A DNA stretch of 64,000 bases from Antedon mediterranea (GCF_964355755.1 NC_092671.1:21779317-21843316), one strand, 5' to 3'; shown: positions 12,001 to 22,907, counted from the first letter of the stretch. Notes: generated from the sequence alone by a model not told the origin. Numbers and translations: made by a program.

Positions 12001-15000
12001 TTTAAAAACGTTTTAGACCATTTTGAGCATTTCGACAAAACTTTTTCACACAAAACACCAAAGTTCTTAGAATAGCTTCAAATCGCATTTGGAGACGTTT
12101 TAGACCATTTTGTGATTTTCGAAAAAACTTGTTAACATAAAAACATCAAAGTGCTAAGAATAGCTTCAAATCGCATTTGGAGACATTTTAGACCAATTAG
12201 TGATTTTCGAAAAAACTTGGTTACACAAAAACATCAAAGTGGTTAAAATCACATTATAAACCGTTTTAGACCATTTTGAGCATTTCGATAACACTTTTCA
12301 CACAAAAACATCAAAGTGCTTAGAATAGCTTCAAATCGCATTTGGAGACGTTTTAGACCATTTTGTGATTTTCGAAAAAAACTTTTTAACATAAAAACAC
12401 CAAACTGCTAAGAATAGCTTCAAATCGCATATGGAGACAATTTAGACCATTTTGTGATTTTCGAAAAAACTTGTTAACATAAAAACACCAAAGTATTAGA
12501 ATAGCTTCAAATCGCATATGGAGACAATTTAGACCATTTTGTGATTTTCGAAAAAACTTGTTAACATAAAAACACCAAAGTGCTTAGAATACCTTCAAAT
12601 CGCATTTGGAGACGTTTAAGACCATTTTGTGATTTTCGAAAAAACTTGTTAACATAAAAACACCAAAGTGCTTAGAATAGCTTCAAATCGCATTTGGAGA
12701 CGTTTTAGACCAATTTGTGATTTTCGAAAAAACTTGGTTACACAAAAACATCAAAGTGGTTAAAAGCACATTATAAACCGTTTTAGACCATTTTGAGCAT
12801 TTCGATAACACATTTCACACAAAAACATCAAAGAGCACAAAATAGCTTAATATCGTATTTAAAAACGTTTTAAACCATTTTGAGCATTTCGACAAAACTT
12901 TTTCACACAAAACACCAAAGTGTACAGAATAGCTTCAAATCGCATTTGGAGACGTTTTAGACCATTTTGTGATTTTCGAAAAAACTTGTTAATATAAAAA
13001 CACCAAAGTACTTAGAATAGCTTCAAATCGCATTTGGAGACGTTTTAGACCATTTTGTGATTTTCGAAAAAACTTGTTAACATAAAAACATCAAAGTGCT
13101 AAGAATAGCTTCCAATCGCATTTGGAGACATTTTAGACCAATTTGTGATTTTGGAAAAAACTTGGTTACACAAAAACATCAAAGTGCTTTAAATCACATT
13201 ATAAACCGTTTTAGACCATTTTGAGCATTTCGATAACACATTTCACAAAAAAACATCAAAGAGCACAAAATAGCTTAATATCGTATTTAAAAACGTTTTA
13301 AACCATTTTGAGCATTTCGACAAAACTTTTTCACACAAAACACCAAAGTGTTTAGAAAAGCTTCAAATCGCATTTGGAGACGTTTTAGACCATTTTGGGA
13401 TTTTCGAAAAAACTTGTTAACATAAAAACACCAAAGTGCTTAGAATAGCTTCAAATCGCATTTGAAGACGTTTTAGACCATTTTGTAATTTTCGAAAAAA
13501 CTTGTTAACATAAAAACACCAAAATGTTTAGAATAGCTTCAAATCGCATTTGGAGACGTTTTAGACCATTTTGTGATTTTCGAAAAAACTTGTTAACACA
13601 AAAACACCAAAGTGATTAGAATAGCTTCAAATCGCATTTGGAGACGTTTTAGACCATTTTGTGATTTTCGAAAAAACTTGTTAACATAAAAACACCAAAG
13701 TGATTAGAATAGCTTCAAATCGCATTTGGAGACGTTTTAGACCATTTTGTGCATTTCGATGAAACTTGGTTACGCAAAAACATCAAAGTAATAATCACAT
13801 TATAAACAGTTTTAGACCATTTTGAGCATATCGATAAAACTTTTTACACAAAACACCAAAGTGCTTAGAATAGCTTCAAATCGCATTTGGAGACGTTTTA
13901 GACCATTTTGTGATTTTCGACAAAACTTTTTCACACAAAACACCAAAGTGCTTAGAATACCTTCAAATCGCATTTGGAGACGTTTTAGACCATTTTGTGA
14001 TTTTCGAAAAAACTTGTTAACATAAAAACATCAAAGTGTACAGATTAGCTTCAAATCGCATTTGGAGACGTTTTAGACCATTTTGTGATTTTCGAAAAAA
14101 CTTGTTAACATAAAAACACCAAAGTGCTTAGAATAGCTTCAAATCGCATTAGGAGACGTTTTAGACCATTTTGTTATTTTCGAAAAAACTTGTTAACATA
14201 AAAACACCAAAATGTTTAGAATAGCTTCAAATCGCATTTGTAGACGTTTTATACCATTTTGTGATTTTCGAAAAAACTTGTTAACACAAAAACACCAAAG
14301 TGATTAGAATAGCTTCAAATCGCATTTGGAGACGTTTTAGACCATTTTGTGCATTTCGATGAAACTTGGTTACGCAAAAACATCAAAGTGCTTAAAATCA
14401 CATTATAAACCGTTTTAGACCATTTTGAGCATATCGATAACACTTTTCACACAAAAACATCAAAGAGCACAATATAGCTTAATATCGTATTTAAAAACGT
14501 TTTAGACCATTTTGAGCAATTCGACAAAACTTTTTCACACAAAACACCAAAGTGCTTAGAATAGCTTCAAATCGCATTTGGAGACGTTTTAGACCATTTT
14601 GTGATTTTCGAAAAAACTTGTTAACATAAAAACATCAAAGGGCTAAGAATAGCTTCAAATCGCATTTGGAGACATTTTAGACCAATTAGTGATTTTCGAA
14701 AAAACTTGGTTACACAAAAACATCAAAGTGGTTAAAATCACATTATAAACCGTTTTAGACCATTTTGAGCATTTCGATAACACTTTTCACACAAAAACAT
14801 CAAAGTGCTTAGAATAGCTTCAAATCGCATTTGGAGACGTTTTAGACCATTTTGTGATTTTCGAAAAAAACTTTTTAACATAAAAACACCAAACTGCTAA
14901 GAATAGCTTCAAATCGCATATGGAGACAATTTAGACCATTTTGTGATTTTCGAAAAAACTTGTTAACATAAAAACACCAAAGTGCTTAGAATACCTTCAA

Positions 15001-16000
15001 ATCGCATTTGGAGACATTTTAGACCATTTTGTGATTTTCGAAAAAACTTGTTAACATAAAAACATCAAAGTGCTAAGAATAGCTTCCAATCGCATTTGTA
15101 GACGTTTTAGACCATTTTGTGATTTTCGAAAACAACTTGTTAACATAAAAACACCAAAGTGCTTAGAATAGCTTCAAATCGCATTTGGAGACGTTTTAGA
15201 CCATTTTGTGATTTTCGAAAAAACTTGTTAACATAAAAACATCAAAGTGCTAAGAATAGCTTCAAATCGAATTTGGAGACATTTTAGACCAATTAGTGAT
15301 TTTCGAAAAAACTTGGTTACACAAAAACATCAAAGTGGTTAAAATCACATTATAAACCGTTTTAGACCATTTTGAGCATTTCGATAACACTTTTTACACA
15401 AAAACATCAAAGTGCTTAGAATAGCTTCAAATCGCATTTGGAGACGTTTTAGACCATTTTGTGATTTTTGAAAAAAACTTTTTAACATAAAAACACCAAA
15501 CTGCTAAGAATAGCTTCAAATCGCATATGGAGACAATTTAGACCATTTTGTGATTTTCGAAAAAACTTGTTAACATAAAAACACCAAAGTGCTTAGAATA
15601 CCTTCAAATCGCATTTGGAGACGTTTTAGACCATTTTGTGATTTTCCAAAAAACTTGTTAACATAAAAACATCAAAGTGTACAGAATAGCTTCAAATCGC
15701 ATTTGGAGACGTTTTAGACCATTTTGTGATTTTCGAAAAAACTTGTTAACATAAAAACACCAAAGTGCTTAGAATAGCTTCAAATCGCATTTGGAGACGT
15801 TTTAGACCATTTTGTGATTTTCGAAAAAACTTGTTAACATAAAAACACCAAAGTGCTTAGAATAGCTTCAAATCGCATTAGGAGACGTTTTAGACCATTT
15901 TGTGATTTTCGAAAAAACTTGTTAACATAAAAACACCAAAGTGCTTAGAATAGCTTCAAATCGCATTTGGAGACGTTTTAGACCATTTTGTGATTTTCGA
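1..16000. repeat. Tandem satellite array, 88-bp major monomer with 78/87/87-bp variant monomers (left of the LTR element)
   Basis: The motif gttttagacc recurs at 2341 and 2429 (88 bp). In the variant triplet, ccattt recurs at 2701, 2779, 2866 and 2953 (78, 87, 87 bp). The array is head-to-tail in one orientation throughout. Confidence 0.98.
15996..16000 (+). other. 5-bp target site duplication TTCGA, left copy (right copy 22687-22691)
   Basis: Junctions are tgattTTCGA|tgtgat and gtaaca|TTCGAaaaaacttg. The empty monomer reads tgattttcgaaaaaacttg. Confidence 0.9.
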
Positions 16001-16432
16001 TGTGATAATAACTCATGCTAAAGAGGTTATTATCCAGTAACCTTTAGTTACTCCTCTTACAGTTACACATATCATATGGTACCATGTGGCCTAGAAAAAA
16101 GCCCCAGACAAAGTTAACGGTAATTTTGTCTCAATTTTTGAAAAAGGCTAACTTATCAAACTACTTGGAATATTGTTGGCCAATCAGAAGTCAGAGTGGG
16201 TTTTTTAAATAGTTAAGATGATATTTTTTAAGTTTAGTTTTAGTTTTGGTATGAAGGTGAACAGACACAGGTCAGCAAGAGGGCCTGTTCATTAAAGAAA
16301 TATACTTACTTTAACTTTAATGCATTTTTGATGTTCATCTTTGTCTGATAACTTTAAATATTAAGCCGCTCGGACGTTTCTCCTATATGACTACATAAGT
16401 AAACCGCTCGGACTCATGCGAAGCCCGTAACA
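16001..16432 (+). repeat. 5' LTR (432 bp)
   Basis: Begins TGTGAT, ends GTAACA and matches 22255-22686 with no difference seen by eye. Confidence 0.97.
16176..16296 (+). promoter_or_regulatory. Putative LTR Pol II promoter and polyadenylation signals
   Basis: TTGGCCAATCAG (CCAAT at 16180-16184), TATA-like TTTAAATA at 16204-16211 and ATTAAA at 16291-16296 occur in the U3-R-U5 order expected for an LTR. Motif inference only. Confidence 0.5.
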
Positions 16433-16446
16433 TGGTGGCAGCGGTG
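16433..16446 (+). promoter_or_regulatory. Primer binding site, tRNA-Leu(AAG/TAG)-type
   Basis: TGGTGGCAGCGGTG directly abuts the 5' LTR and is complementary to the recalled 3' end of metazoan tRNA-Leu (...CACCGCUGCCA-CCA). Confidence 0.85.
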
Positions 16447-16766
16447 CTGGAAACGTTTTTAACCCGTTACTATTAACATTAGACGAACTGTGCTGTGGTG
16501 GACCACTTCACAAATTTTTTTATGGATTTGCTTGACTTGAATTTTGATCTGAAACAAGACTTTACCAACATTGTGGATGACATTGTTTTCATGCCAGAAA
16601 CACAAAGGGAAGGAAAACTTTCTGTCAATATCATCAATGAGTTCCAAGTTAAAGGTACATTTTTCATTTTGTGGTAAAAGTTTGTGATGCACTATAGTTT
16701 AAGTTTTGTTATATATATCTTACTAAGTCTTAAGTCATAGTCATTATATATTGTATAAGTACATTA

Positions 16767-19700
16767 ATGCCTAAACATAAGTCAAGTAGGATCTTAAGAT
16801 CTCAACAAAGTTCCATAATGAATACCGATGAAGCACAAACTTCTCAGGCTGCTTCTCAAAATAGTACTGTTGTACCAGCTATACCTGAAACCACTCAAAA
16901 TACTGGTAACGAGACCGACATTCCGGATATGGTACTTGATAAAATTTCTGTAGAAATTGGGGGTCAAATGATTTTGATGCACATGCATGATTGGTTGGCC
17001 TATCAAAAAATCGAAATGGAAAAAGAAAAGTTAGAATTAGAACGGAAAAAGATTGAATATGATAGAGAGATTGCAAATAAGACATTAGCACGAGACGAAA
17101 ATGTTGAAACTATAAGAGCTCAAATACAACGAGAGAGTAATGATGGTCATAGCACCACAAGTTCATATGCCTCCACAAAAATAGATCGATATAAACAAAA
17201 ACTAACTAATAATATCGATGCTGACGCTTATTTTACGGCATTCGAAAGTTATGCTAAAAGGGAACAATGGGAGGAATCCACTTGGGTTCGACGCATCTCC
17301 CAATGCATTGAGGGAAAGGCTCGAGACGCCATGAATACCATCATGGACGAAAATTTTGATTACGAAACCCTAAAATGTACGATACTGGAAGTGTTTCAAC
17401 TGACCCCAGAACATTACAGACAAAAATTTAGGAACTTAAAGCGAAATGACAATGAAAGCATACGTTCCTACATTACAAAGGTTGGGCATAATTTTGATTG
17501 TTTGGTGAGATACTCTGGCATTGCGGCTGATGATGCGGCAGGTATTTCGCAATTGATAATACGCGAACAGGTTTTAGAGAACATTCCCAATGATATGCGC
17601 CAGCATTTACTTCAAAAGAAAGTATTAAATACAGCTGACTTTGCCAGAGAGGCGGAGGAGTATGCCAGCATAATACCTAATTATTGGCAACGCCATAAGC
17701 TAAATAATAAGCAAATAGGCACAAATAGTCATTACAGACCGCAGCCCTACAATAGCAAACCACCAAGGTTTGACAGACCGACTTACAACAGGCCAAGGTT
17801 TAACCCGCCTCCTTCTGCACCAAATCACAGTGCATTTAACAGGCCGGCTACAAATCCACAAAATCAGCATCAATTCAGACCAAACTTTAATGCTAGCTAT
17901 CAGCAAGATCTGAATTCATTAAACAGGCCATTTATTCCTCAACAACCTCCCCGATTTAGCAACACACAAGGTCGGCAAAATCAAAATCAAAGACAAAAAA
18001 ATCAACGACCGCACGATTCCTTAAAGTGCATCACAGTGCATAGTGGCTCATCAAAGACTGAGCCTTTGAACAAAGCTTTCTTAATTAATGGTATACTTGA
18101 GGGTAAAGCCATAACATTTTTGAGAGACACAGGATCGTCAATTACATTGATTGATAAACAGTTTATTCCCCAAAAGAGTCTCACAGGTTCGTATACCTTA
18201 GTCCGAGGCAAAGGCCGCACTAACATAGAAATTCCTACCGCTGAGGTACATATTACCACAGAAAAAATACCTACTACCAAAGTTATCGTTGGTGTAATAG
18301 AAGGCCTTGGTAGTGATGGTCTATTGGGCAATGATCTAGACCCAGAAAATAAATGGGACAAACCAAAAGATGTACTAGTAGTTACTAGAGCACAAACTCG
18401 TGTATTGCCCGAAATAAAAGCTCAGGATTGTATTAGACAATATCTTGAAAAAAATCAAACAACATCAGAAAATGTGGCACTTAATTTCAAAGAATCACTT
18501 GATTACAATTTGCCAAACACACCAGAGGCAAAATCCTTGTTGCACAGCGACATTAAAGACTTGATAAAACTACAAGAAAAAGATGAAACATTGAAATTCA
18601 TTCGAAGTGAGGTAAAAGATAAATCATGCACAAAAGATCAAGATGTCTGTTTTTATAAAGAAAATGGGATTATAATGAGAAAATGCCAACCACAGACACG
18701 TTTCCGCAAACAAATCGATGACCAAATAGTTGTACCACAGGAGTACAGAGAACACATTATAAATATAGCTCATGACAAAACTGGACATCTAGGTGTCCAA
18801 AAGACACAGGATAGGATAACCCAACATTTTTATTGGCCTGGAATAAACCATCAAGTTAGAGAACATTGTAAAACATGTCCTCAATGTCAGTATTTGACAA
18901 AAACAAAGAAACAAAAACAACTATTGCGACCATTACCAATCATTGATATTCCGTTTAAAAGAATTGGAATAGATATTGCAGGTCCATTTTGTGTTACAGA
19001 GGATGGAAATAGATATCTTTTAGTATTGTGCGACTATGCAACTAGATATCCAGAAGCCATTGCAATACCCGATCAAACCGTGGTAACTGTAGCACAGAGT
19101 TTAATCACTGTATTTTCGAGAGTGGGTTTACCTAGTCAAATTATTCATGACCAAGGTACCAACTTCATGTCTCAAATTATCGTAGAACTATGCAAAAAAT
19201 TGGGAATTGAGAAAATTCCTACTACACCTTATCACCAACAGACTAACGGACTTACGGAGCGTTTTATAGGTACACTGAAACTTATGATAAATTCGCTGTC
19301 TCATGTCCAACGAGAAAACTGGGATAGGTATATTCCATTGCTGTTATTCTCTTATAGAGAAGTACCGTGTGAATTCACAGGATATTCACCATTTCACTTA
19401 CTATATGGTAGACAAATAAGGGGTCCCTTAAGCTTAATTAAGCAAGGATTCCTTGGCGAGAACACTCAAACAGACATACCTTCACACTTGTTAGGGATAG
19501 CTCACAACTTAACTAAATGGATGGCTAGTGCAAATCACACTAAACAGAAAAAGCAACAGAAAATGAAATCTTATTACGACAGAACTGCAAAAGATATACA
19601 CTATAAAGTCGGTGAAGAGGTCTTAATTTTCCTCCCAGAAGGCGCGGGAAAGTTGGATTCGAAATGGCAAGGTCCATATAAAATCACTAAAAAGGTTGGT

Positions 19701-21344
19701 GAGGTGGATTATGAAATACATATGCCTGATAAACGTAAATCTCATAGAATTATACATGCTAACTTAATCAAAAAATGGTACACACAAGAAGACGCTCGGC
19801 AAATATCTCAATGTTACTGTGTAACTGGGGTAATTCAAGAAATAGGCAATGAATCACTTGTTCAGCCTGTTGATTATGATCTCGAAACACAATTTCTTGA
19901 TGACAGTATAGGTCCATCCTATAAACAAACACAAACATGGAAAGATATAAAAATTGCAGACTCCATTTCTACAAAACAAAAACGGGAACTAACCAATACA
20001 CTTAAGAAACATACTAAGACATTTTCTGATGTGCCTGGAAAAACTAATGTACTTACACATACAGTAAAAACTACTCATGAAACACCAATCAGACAACGTG
20101 CTTACAGGACACCACATTCAATGATGACAAAAGTCAAAGAAGAGGTGGACAGTATGTTGAGTCTAGGGGTCATTGAGAGGTCAACTAGTGCATATGCATC
20201 TCCTATTGTCGTTGTACCAAAACCTAACGGTGATATTCGCGTGTGCACTGATTACCGTGCATTGAACAAGATAACTGAATTTGATCCTTATCCTATTCCT
20301 AGGATAGATCAGATACTTGATGAAGTAGCTAAAGCTAAATATATCTCAACCCTAGATTTGACTAAGGGATTTTATCAGGTACCTCTAGATCCGCAAGCTA
20401 AAGCAAAATCAGCATTTGTGACACCTTTTGGGCAGTTTGCATATAGGGTCATGCCGTTCGGTATGATGAATTCTAGTGCGACATTTCAAAAGCTAGTTGA
20501 TACTGTGTTGATGGGATGTTCCGCATTTTGCAGACAATATATTGACGATATTGCGATTTTCTCTAATACGTGGCAAGATCATTTAAATCATTTAGATATT
20601 GTATTAAGTAAAATTTCAGAAGCTGGTCTTACTATTAAGCCATCTAAATCGAAATTTGCTAACAGCACTGTAAACTACCTTGGACATACCATAGGGGATG
20701 GCCAAATAAAGCCTATGTTAGATAAGATAGAGTCGGTAGAGAAATTCCCTACCCCTCAAACTAAGAAGAATGTCAGGTCATTTTTGGGATTGACAGGGTA
20801 TTATAGGAAGTTTATTCTACACTATGATGACATAGCAAGACCCTTGATAAACTTGACTAAAAAAGCCGAACCTAAGAGAGTAAATTGGACGCCTGAGTGT
20901 GATAAAGCATTCACAGATTTAAAATCTCAGCTTATTGCTCACCCCATTTTAAGAGCACCAAACTTTGATAAACCATTTTTACTACAAACTGATGCATCGA
21001 AAACAGGAATTGGAGCTGTTTTAAGCCAGTTAGATACTGATTGTAATGAACATCCTATTGTTTACCTTAGTAGAAGGATGTTGCCCAATGAGTTAAATTA
21101 TTCAGTTGCTGAACAAGAATGTTTAGCTATAGTATGGTCAATTAACAAGTTACGATATTACTTACAAGGGCACAAATTTACAGTTATAACTGACCACAAA
21201 GCGTTGAAATGGCTTGACAATACCCGCCATTCAAATAATAGACTAATGAGATGGTCAATGACTCTACAACAATTTACTTTTGATATACAATACCGCAAAG
21301 GTATAACAAACACCAATGCTGACAGTTTGTCACGTCGATGTTAG
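16767..21344 (+). CDS. gag-pol: Gag-Pol polyprotein, 1525 aa: Gag with SCAN-like capsid domain, aspartic protease, integrase, reverse transcriptase, RNase H
   Basis: SCAN-like segment YETLK...TPEHYRQKFR...EQVLENIP...AEEY (~17360-17665). Protease LRDTGS (~18126). Integrase HHCC (AHDKTGH...CKTCPQC, ~18770-18890), DDE core (IGIDIAGP / HDQGTNF / NGLTERF) and GPY motif (~19671). RT motifs LDLTKGFYQV, MPFG and YIDD (20538-20549). RNase H motifs TDAS, EQECLAI, TDH and NADSLSR. Confidence 0.97.
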   Translation: MPKHKSSRILRSQQSSIMNTDEAQTSQAASQNSTVVPAIPETTQNTGNETDIPDMVLDKISVEIGGQMILMHMHDWLAYQKIEMEKEKLELERKKIEYDREIANKTLARDENVETIRAQIQRESNDGHSTTSSYASTKIDRYKQKLTNNIDADAYFTAFESYAKREQWEESTWVRRISQCIEGKARDAMNTIMDENFDYETLKCTILEVFQLTPEHYRQKFRNLKRNDNESIRSYITKVGHNFDCLVRYSGIAADDAAGISQLIIREQVLENIPNDMRQHLLQKKVLNTADFAREAEEYASIIPNYWQRHKLNNKQIGTNSHYRPQPYNSKPPRFDRPTYNRPRFNPPPSAPNHSAFNRPATNPQNQHQFRPNFNASYQQDLNSLNRPFIPQQPPRFSNTQGRQNQNQRQKNQRPHDSLKCITVHSGSSKTEPLNKAFLINGILEGKAITFLRDTGSSITLIDKQFIPQKSLTGSYTLVRGKGRTNIEIPTAEVHITTEKIPTTKVIVGVIEGLGSDGLLGNDLDPENKWDKPKDVLVVTRAQTRVLPEIKAQDCIRQYLEKNQTTSENVALNFKESLDYNLPNTPEAKSLLHSDIKDLIKLQEKDETLKFIRSEVKDKSCTKDQDVCFYKENGIIMRKCQPQTRFRKQIDDQIVVPQEYREHIINIAHDKTGHLGVQKTQDRITQHFYWPGINHQVREHCKTCPQCQYLTKTKKQKQLLRPLPIIDIPFKRIGIDIAGPFCVTEDGNRYLLVLCDYATRYPEAIAIPDQTVVTVAQSLITVFSRVGLPSQIIHDQGTNFMSQIIVELCKKLGIEKIPTTPYHQQTNGLTERFIGTLKLMINSLSHVQRENWDRYIPLLLFSYREVPCEFTGYSPFHLLYGRQIRGPLSLIKQGFLGENTQTDIPSHLLGIAHNLTKWMASANHTKQKKQQKMKSYYDRTAKDIHYKVGEEVLIFLPEGAGKLDSKWQGPYKITKKVGEVDYEIHMPDKRKSHRIIHANLIKKWYTQEDARQISQCYCVTGVIQEIGNESLVQPVDYDLETQFLDDSIGPSYKQTQTWKDIKIADSISTKQKRELTNTLKKHTKTFSDVPGKTNVLTHTVKTTHETPIRQRAYRTPHSMMTKVKEEVDSMLSLGVIERSTSAYASPIVVVPKPNGDIRVCTDYRALNKITEFDPYPIPRIDQILDEVAKAKYISTLDLTKGFYQVPLDPQAKAKSAFVTPFGQFAYRVMPFGMMNSSATFQKLVDTVLMGCSAFCRQYIDDIAIFSNTWQDHLNHLDIVLSKISEAGLTIKPSKSKFANSTVNYLGHTIGDGQIKPMLDKIESVEKFPTPQTKKNVRSFLGLTGYYRKFILHYDDIARPLINLTKKAEPKRVNWTPECDKAFTDLKSQLIAHPILRAPNFDKPFLLQTDASKTGIGAVLSQLDTDCNEHPIVYLSRRMLPNELNYSVAEQECLAIVWSINKLRYYLQGHKFTVITDHKALKWLDNTRHSNNRLMRWSMTLQQFTFDIQYRKGITNTNADSLSRRC

Positions 21345-21555
21345 TAATTCAGGGAACATACGGTACATCGCATTATTTTAATTTATAGTTAAGTGAGTAC
21401 ACAAGCTTCATCAGACCAAAATGTGTATGTTATAAGGATTATCACAAATAATCCCACTTTATATAGTAAAATTAAGTATTAAGATACAAACGAAATGATT
21501 CTCACAAAGAATCTATATATATTGTGACCATTATAAAAATTGTGTAAAATTGGTT

Positions 21556-21575
21556 AAAAAAAAAAAAAAAAAAAA
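21556..21575 (+). repeat. A20 homopolymer in the retrotransposon 3' UTR
   Basis: Run of 20 A after tggtt. Confidence 0.85.
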
Positions 21576-22244
21576 TTTATAATATCTGTATTGTCAGTAA
21601 AGATTATATTTAGCATCACCAACTAACAATTGGCCAGAGCACTTCACAATATTGAAGGTTATATGTACTACCAACTTACACTTGGTATTAGACACTTTAC
21701 TGTATTGTAGTACAGCTTTATTATGATATTATATTATTTAAGATGTAGAATTAAGCATAAAGTGCATCTCGAACTGTTGCCATAAAATGTTATGAATGTG
21801 ACCATTAACCCCATCATCTTCTTTTATACAAACTTTGAACACTGTGACCTGTTTATGAACTCTTACATTTATGATTGACAGCAGTGCAACAGTGAAATGA
21901 GGAGCATTGAAGAAAAACTTTTATGTAATTAATTTGATTGATATTTTACTTTTGACAGCGTGATTTTTGCAGAACTGCAGAACACTTTATGATTTTGAAG
22001 TTAAATTTAACACAGTGGACACCATACCATTGATGAACAATAACTTGAACAATGAACTTTACATTTTGATGATGTAGCAGTAGAAATTATAAACAATGCA
22101 TTTTTAATTTTAATACTGCAAGCTAAACATTTGAAACTACTTTGAACATTTTCAGTTTTATATTCTCATATTATATTGGTTTAGTTATTAAGTACTATAG
22201 TTAAGGACATACTATTTTTAGAAGAGTGACACACTCTTTTATGC

Positions 22245-22254
22245 AGTAGGGGGG
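22245..22254 (+). promoter_or_regulatory. Polypurine tract
   Basis: AGTAGGGGGG lies immediately upstream of the 3' LTR. Confidence 0.85.
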
Positions 22255-22686
22255 TGTGATAATAACTCATGCTAAAGAGGTTATTATCCAGTAACCTTTA
22301 GTTACTCCTCTTACAGTTACACATATCATATGGTACCATGTGGCCTAGAAAAAAGCCCCAGACAAAGTTAACGGTAATTTTGTCTCAATTTTTGAAAAAG
22401 GCTAACTTATCAAACTACTTGGAATATTGTTGGCCAATCAGAAGTCAGAGTGGGTTTTTTAAATAGTTAAGATGATATTTTTTAAGTTTAGTTTTAGTTT
22501 TGGTATGAAGGTGAACAGACACAGGTCAGCAAGAGGGCCTGTTCATTAAAGAAATATACTTACTTTAACTTTAATGCATTTTTGATGTTCATCTTTGTCT
22601 GATAACTTTAAATATTAAGCCGCTCGGACGTTTCTCCTATATGACTACATAAGTAAACCGCTCGGACTCATGCGAAGCCCGTAACA
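22255..22686 (+). repeat. 3' LTR (432 bp)
   Basis: Direct repeat of 16001-16432, followed by the TSD and resumption of the satellite in register. Confidence 0.97.
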
Positions 22687-22907
22687 TTCGAAAAAACTTG
22701 TTAACATAAAAAAAACAAAGTTCTTAAAATAGCTTCAAATCGCATTTGGAGACGTTTTAGACCATTTTGTGATTTTCGAAAAAACCTGTTAACATAAAAA
22801 CACCAAAGTGTTTAGAAAAGCTTCAAATCGCATTTGGAGACGTTTTAGACCATTTTGGGATTTTCGAAAAAACTTGTTAACATAAAAACACCAAAGTGCT
22901 TAGAATA

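Larger units (their letters stand above)
16001..22686 (+). mobile_element. Full-length Ty3/Gypsy LTR retrotransposon, Gmr1-like (integrase upstream of RT)
   Basis: Paired TGT...ACA LTRs at 16001-16432 and 22255-22686, TTCGA TSD, PBS, PPT and an uninterrupted gag-pol ORF with PR-IN-RT-RH order. Confidence 0.96.

Noticed and set aside
16459-18361. Short leader and antisense ORFs (16495-16677, 16459-16692, 18002-18361 and others)
   Set aside because: They are short, have no motifs and mostly shadow the gag-pol frame. A regulatory uORF role for 16495-16677 cannot be excluded but is unsupported.
16767-21344. Ty1/Copia classification based on IN-before-RT order
   Set aside because: The RT (LDLTKGFYQV, MPFG, YIDD), RNase H (TDAS) and GPY-containing integrase are Gypsy-type, and the Copia GKGY and YVDD contexts are absent.
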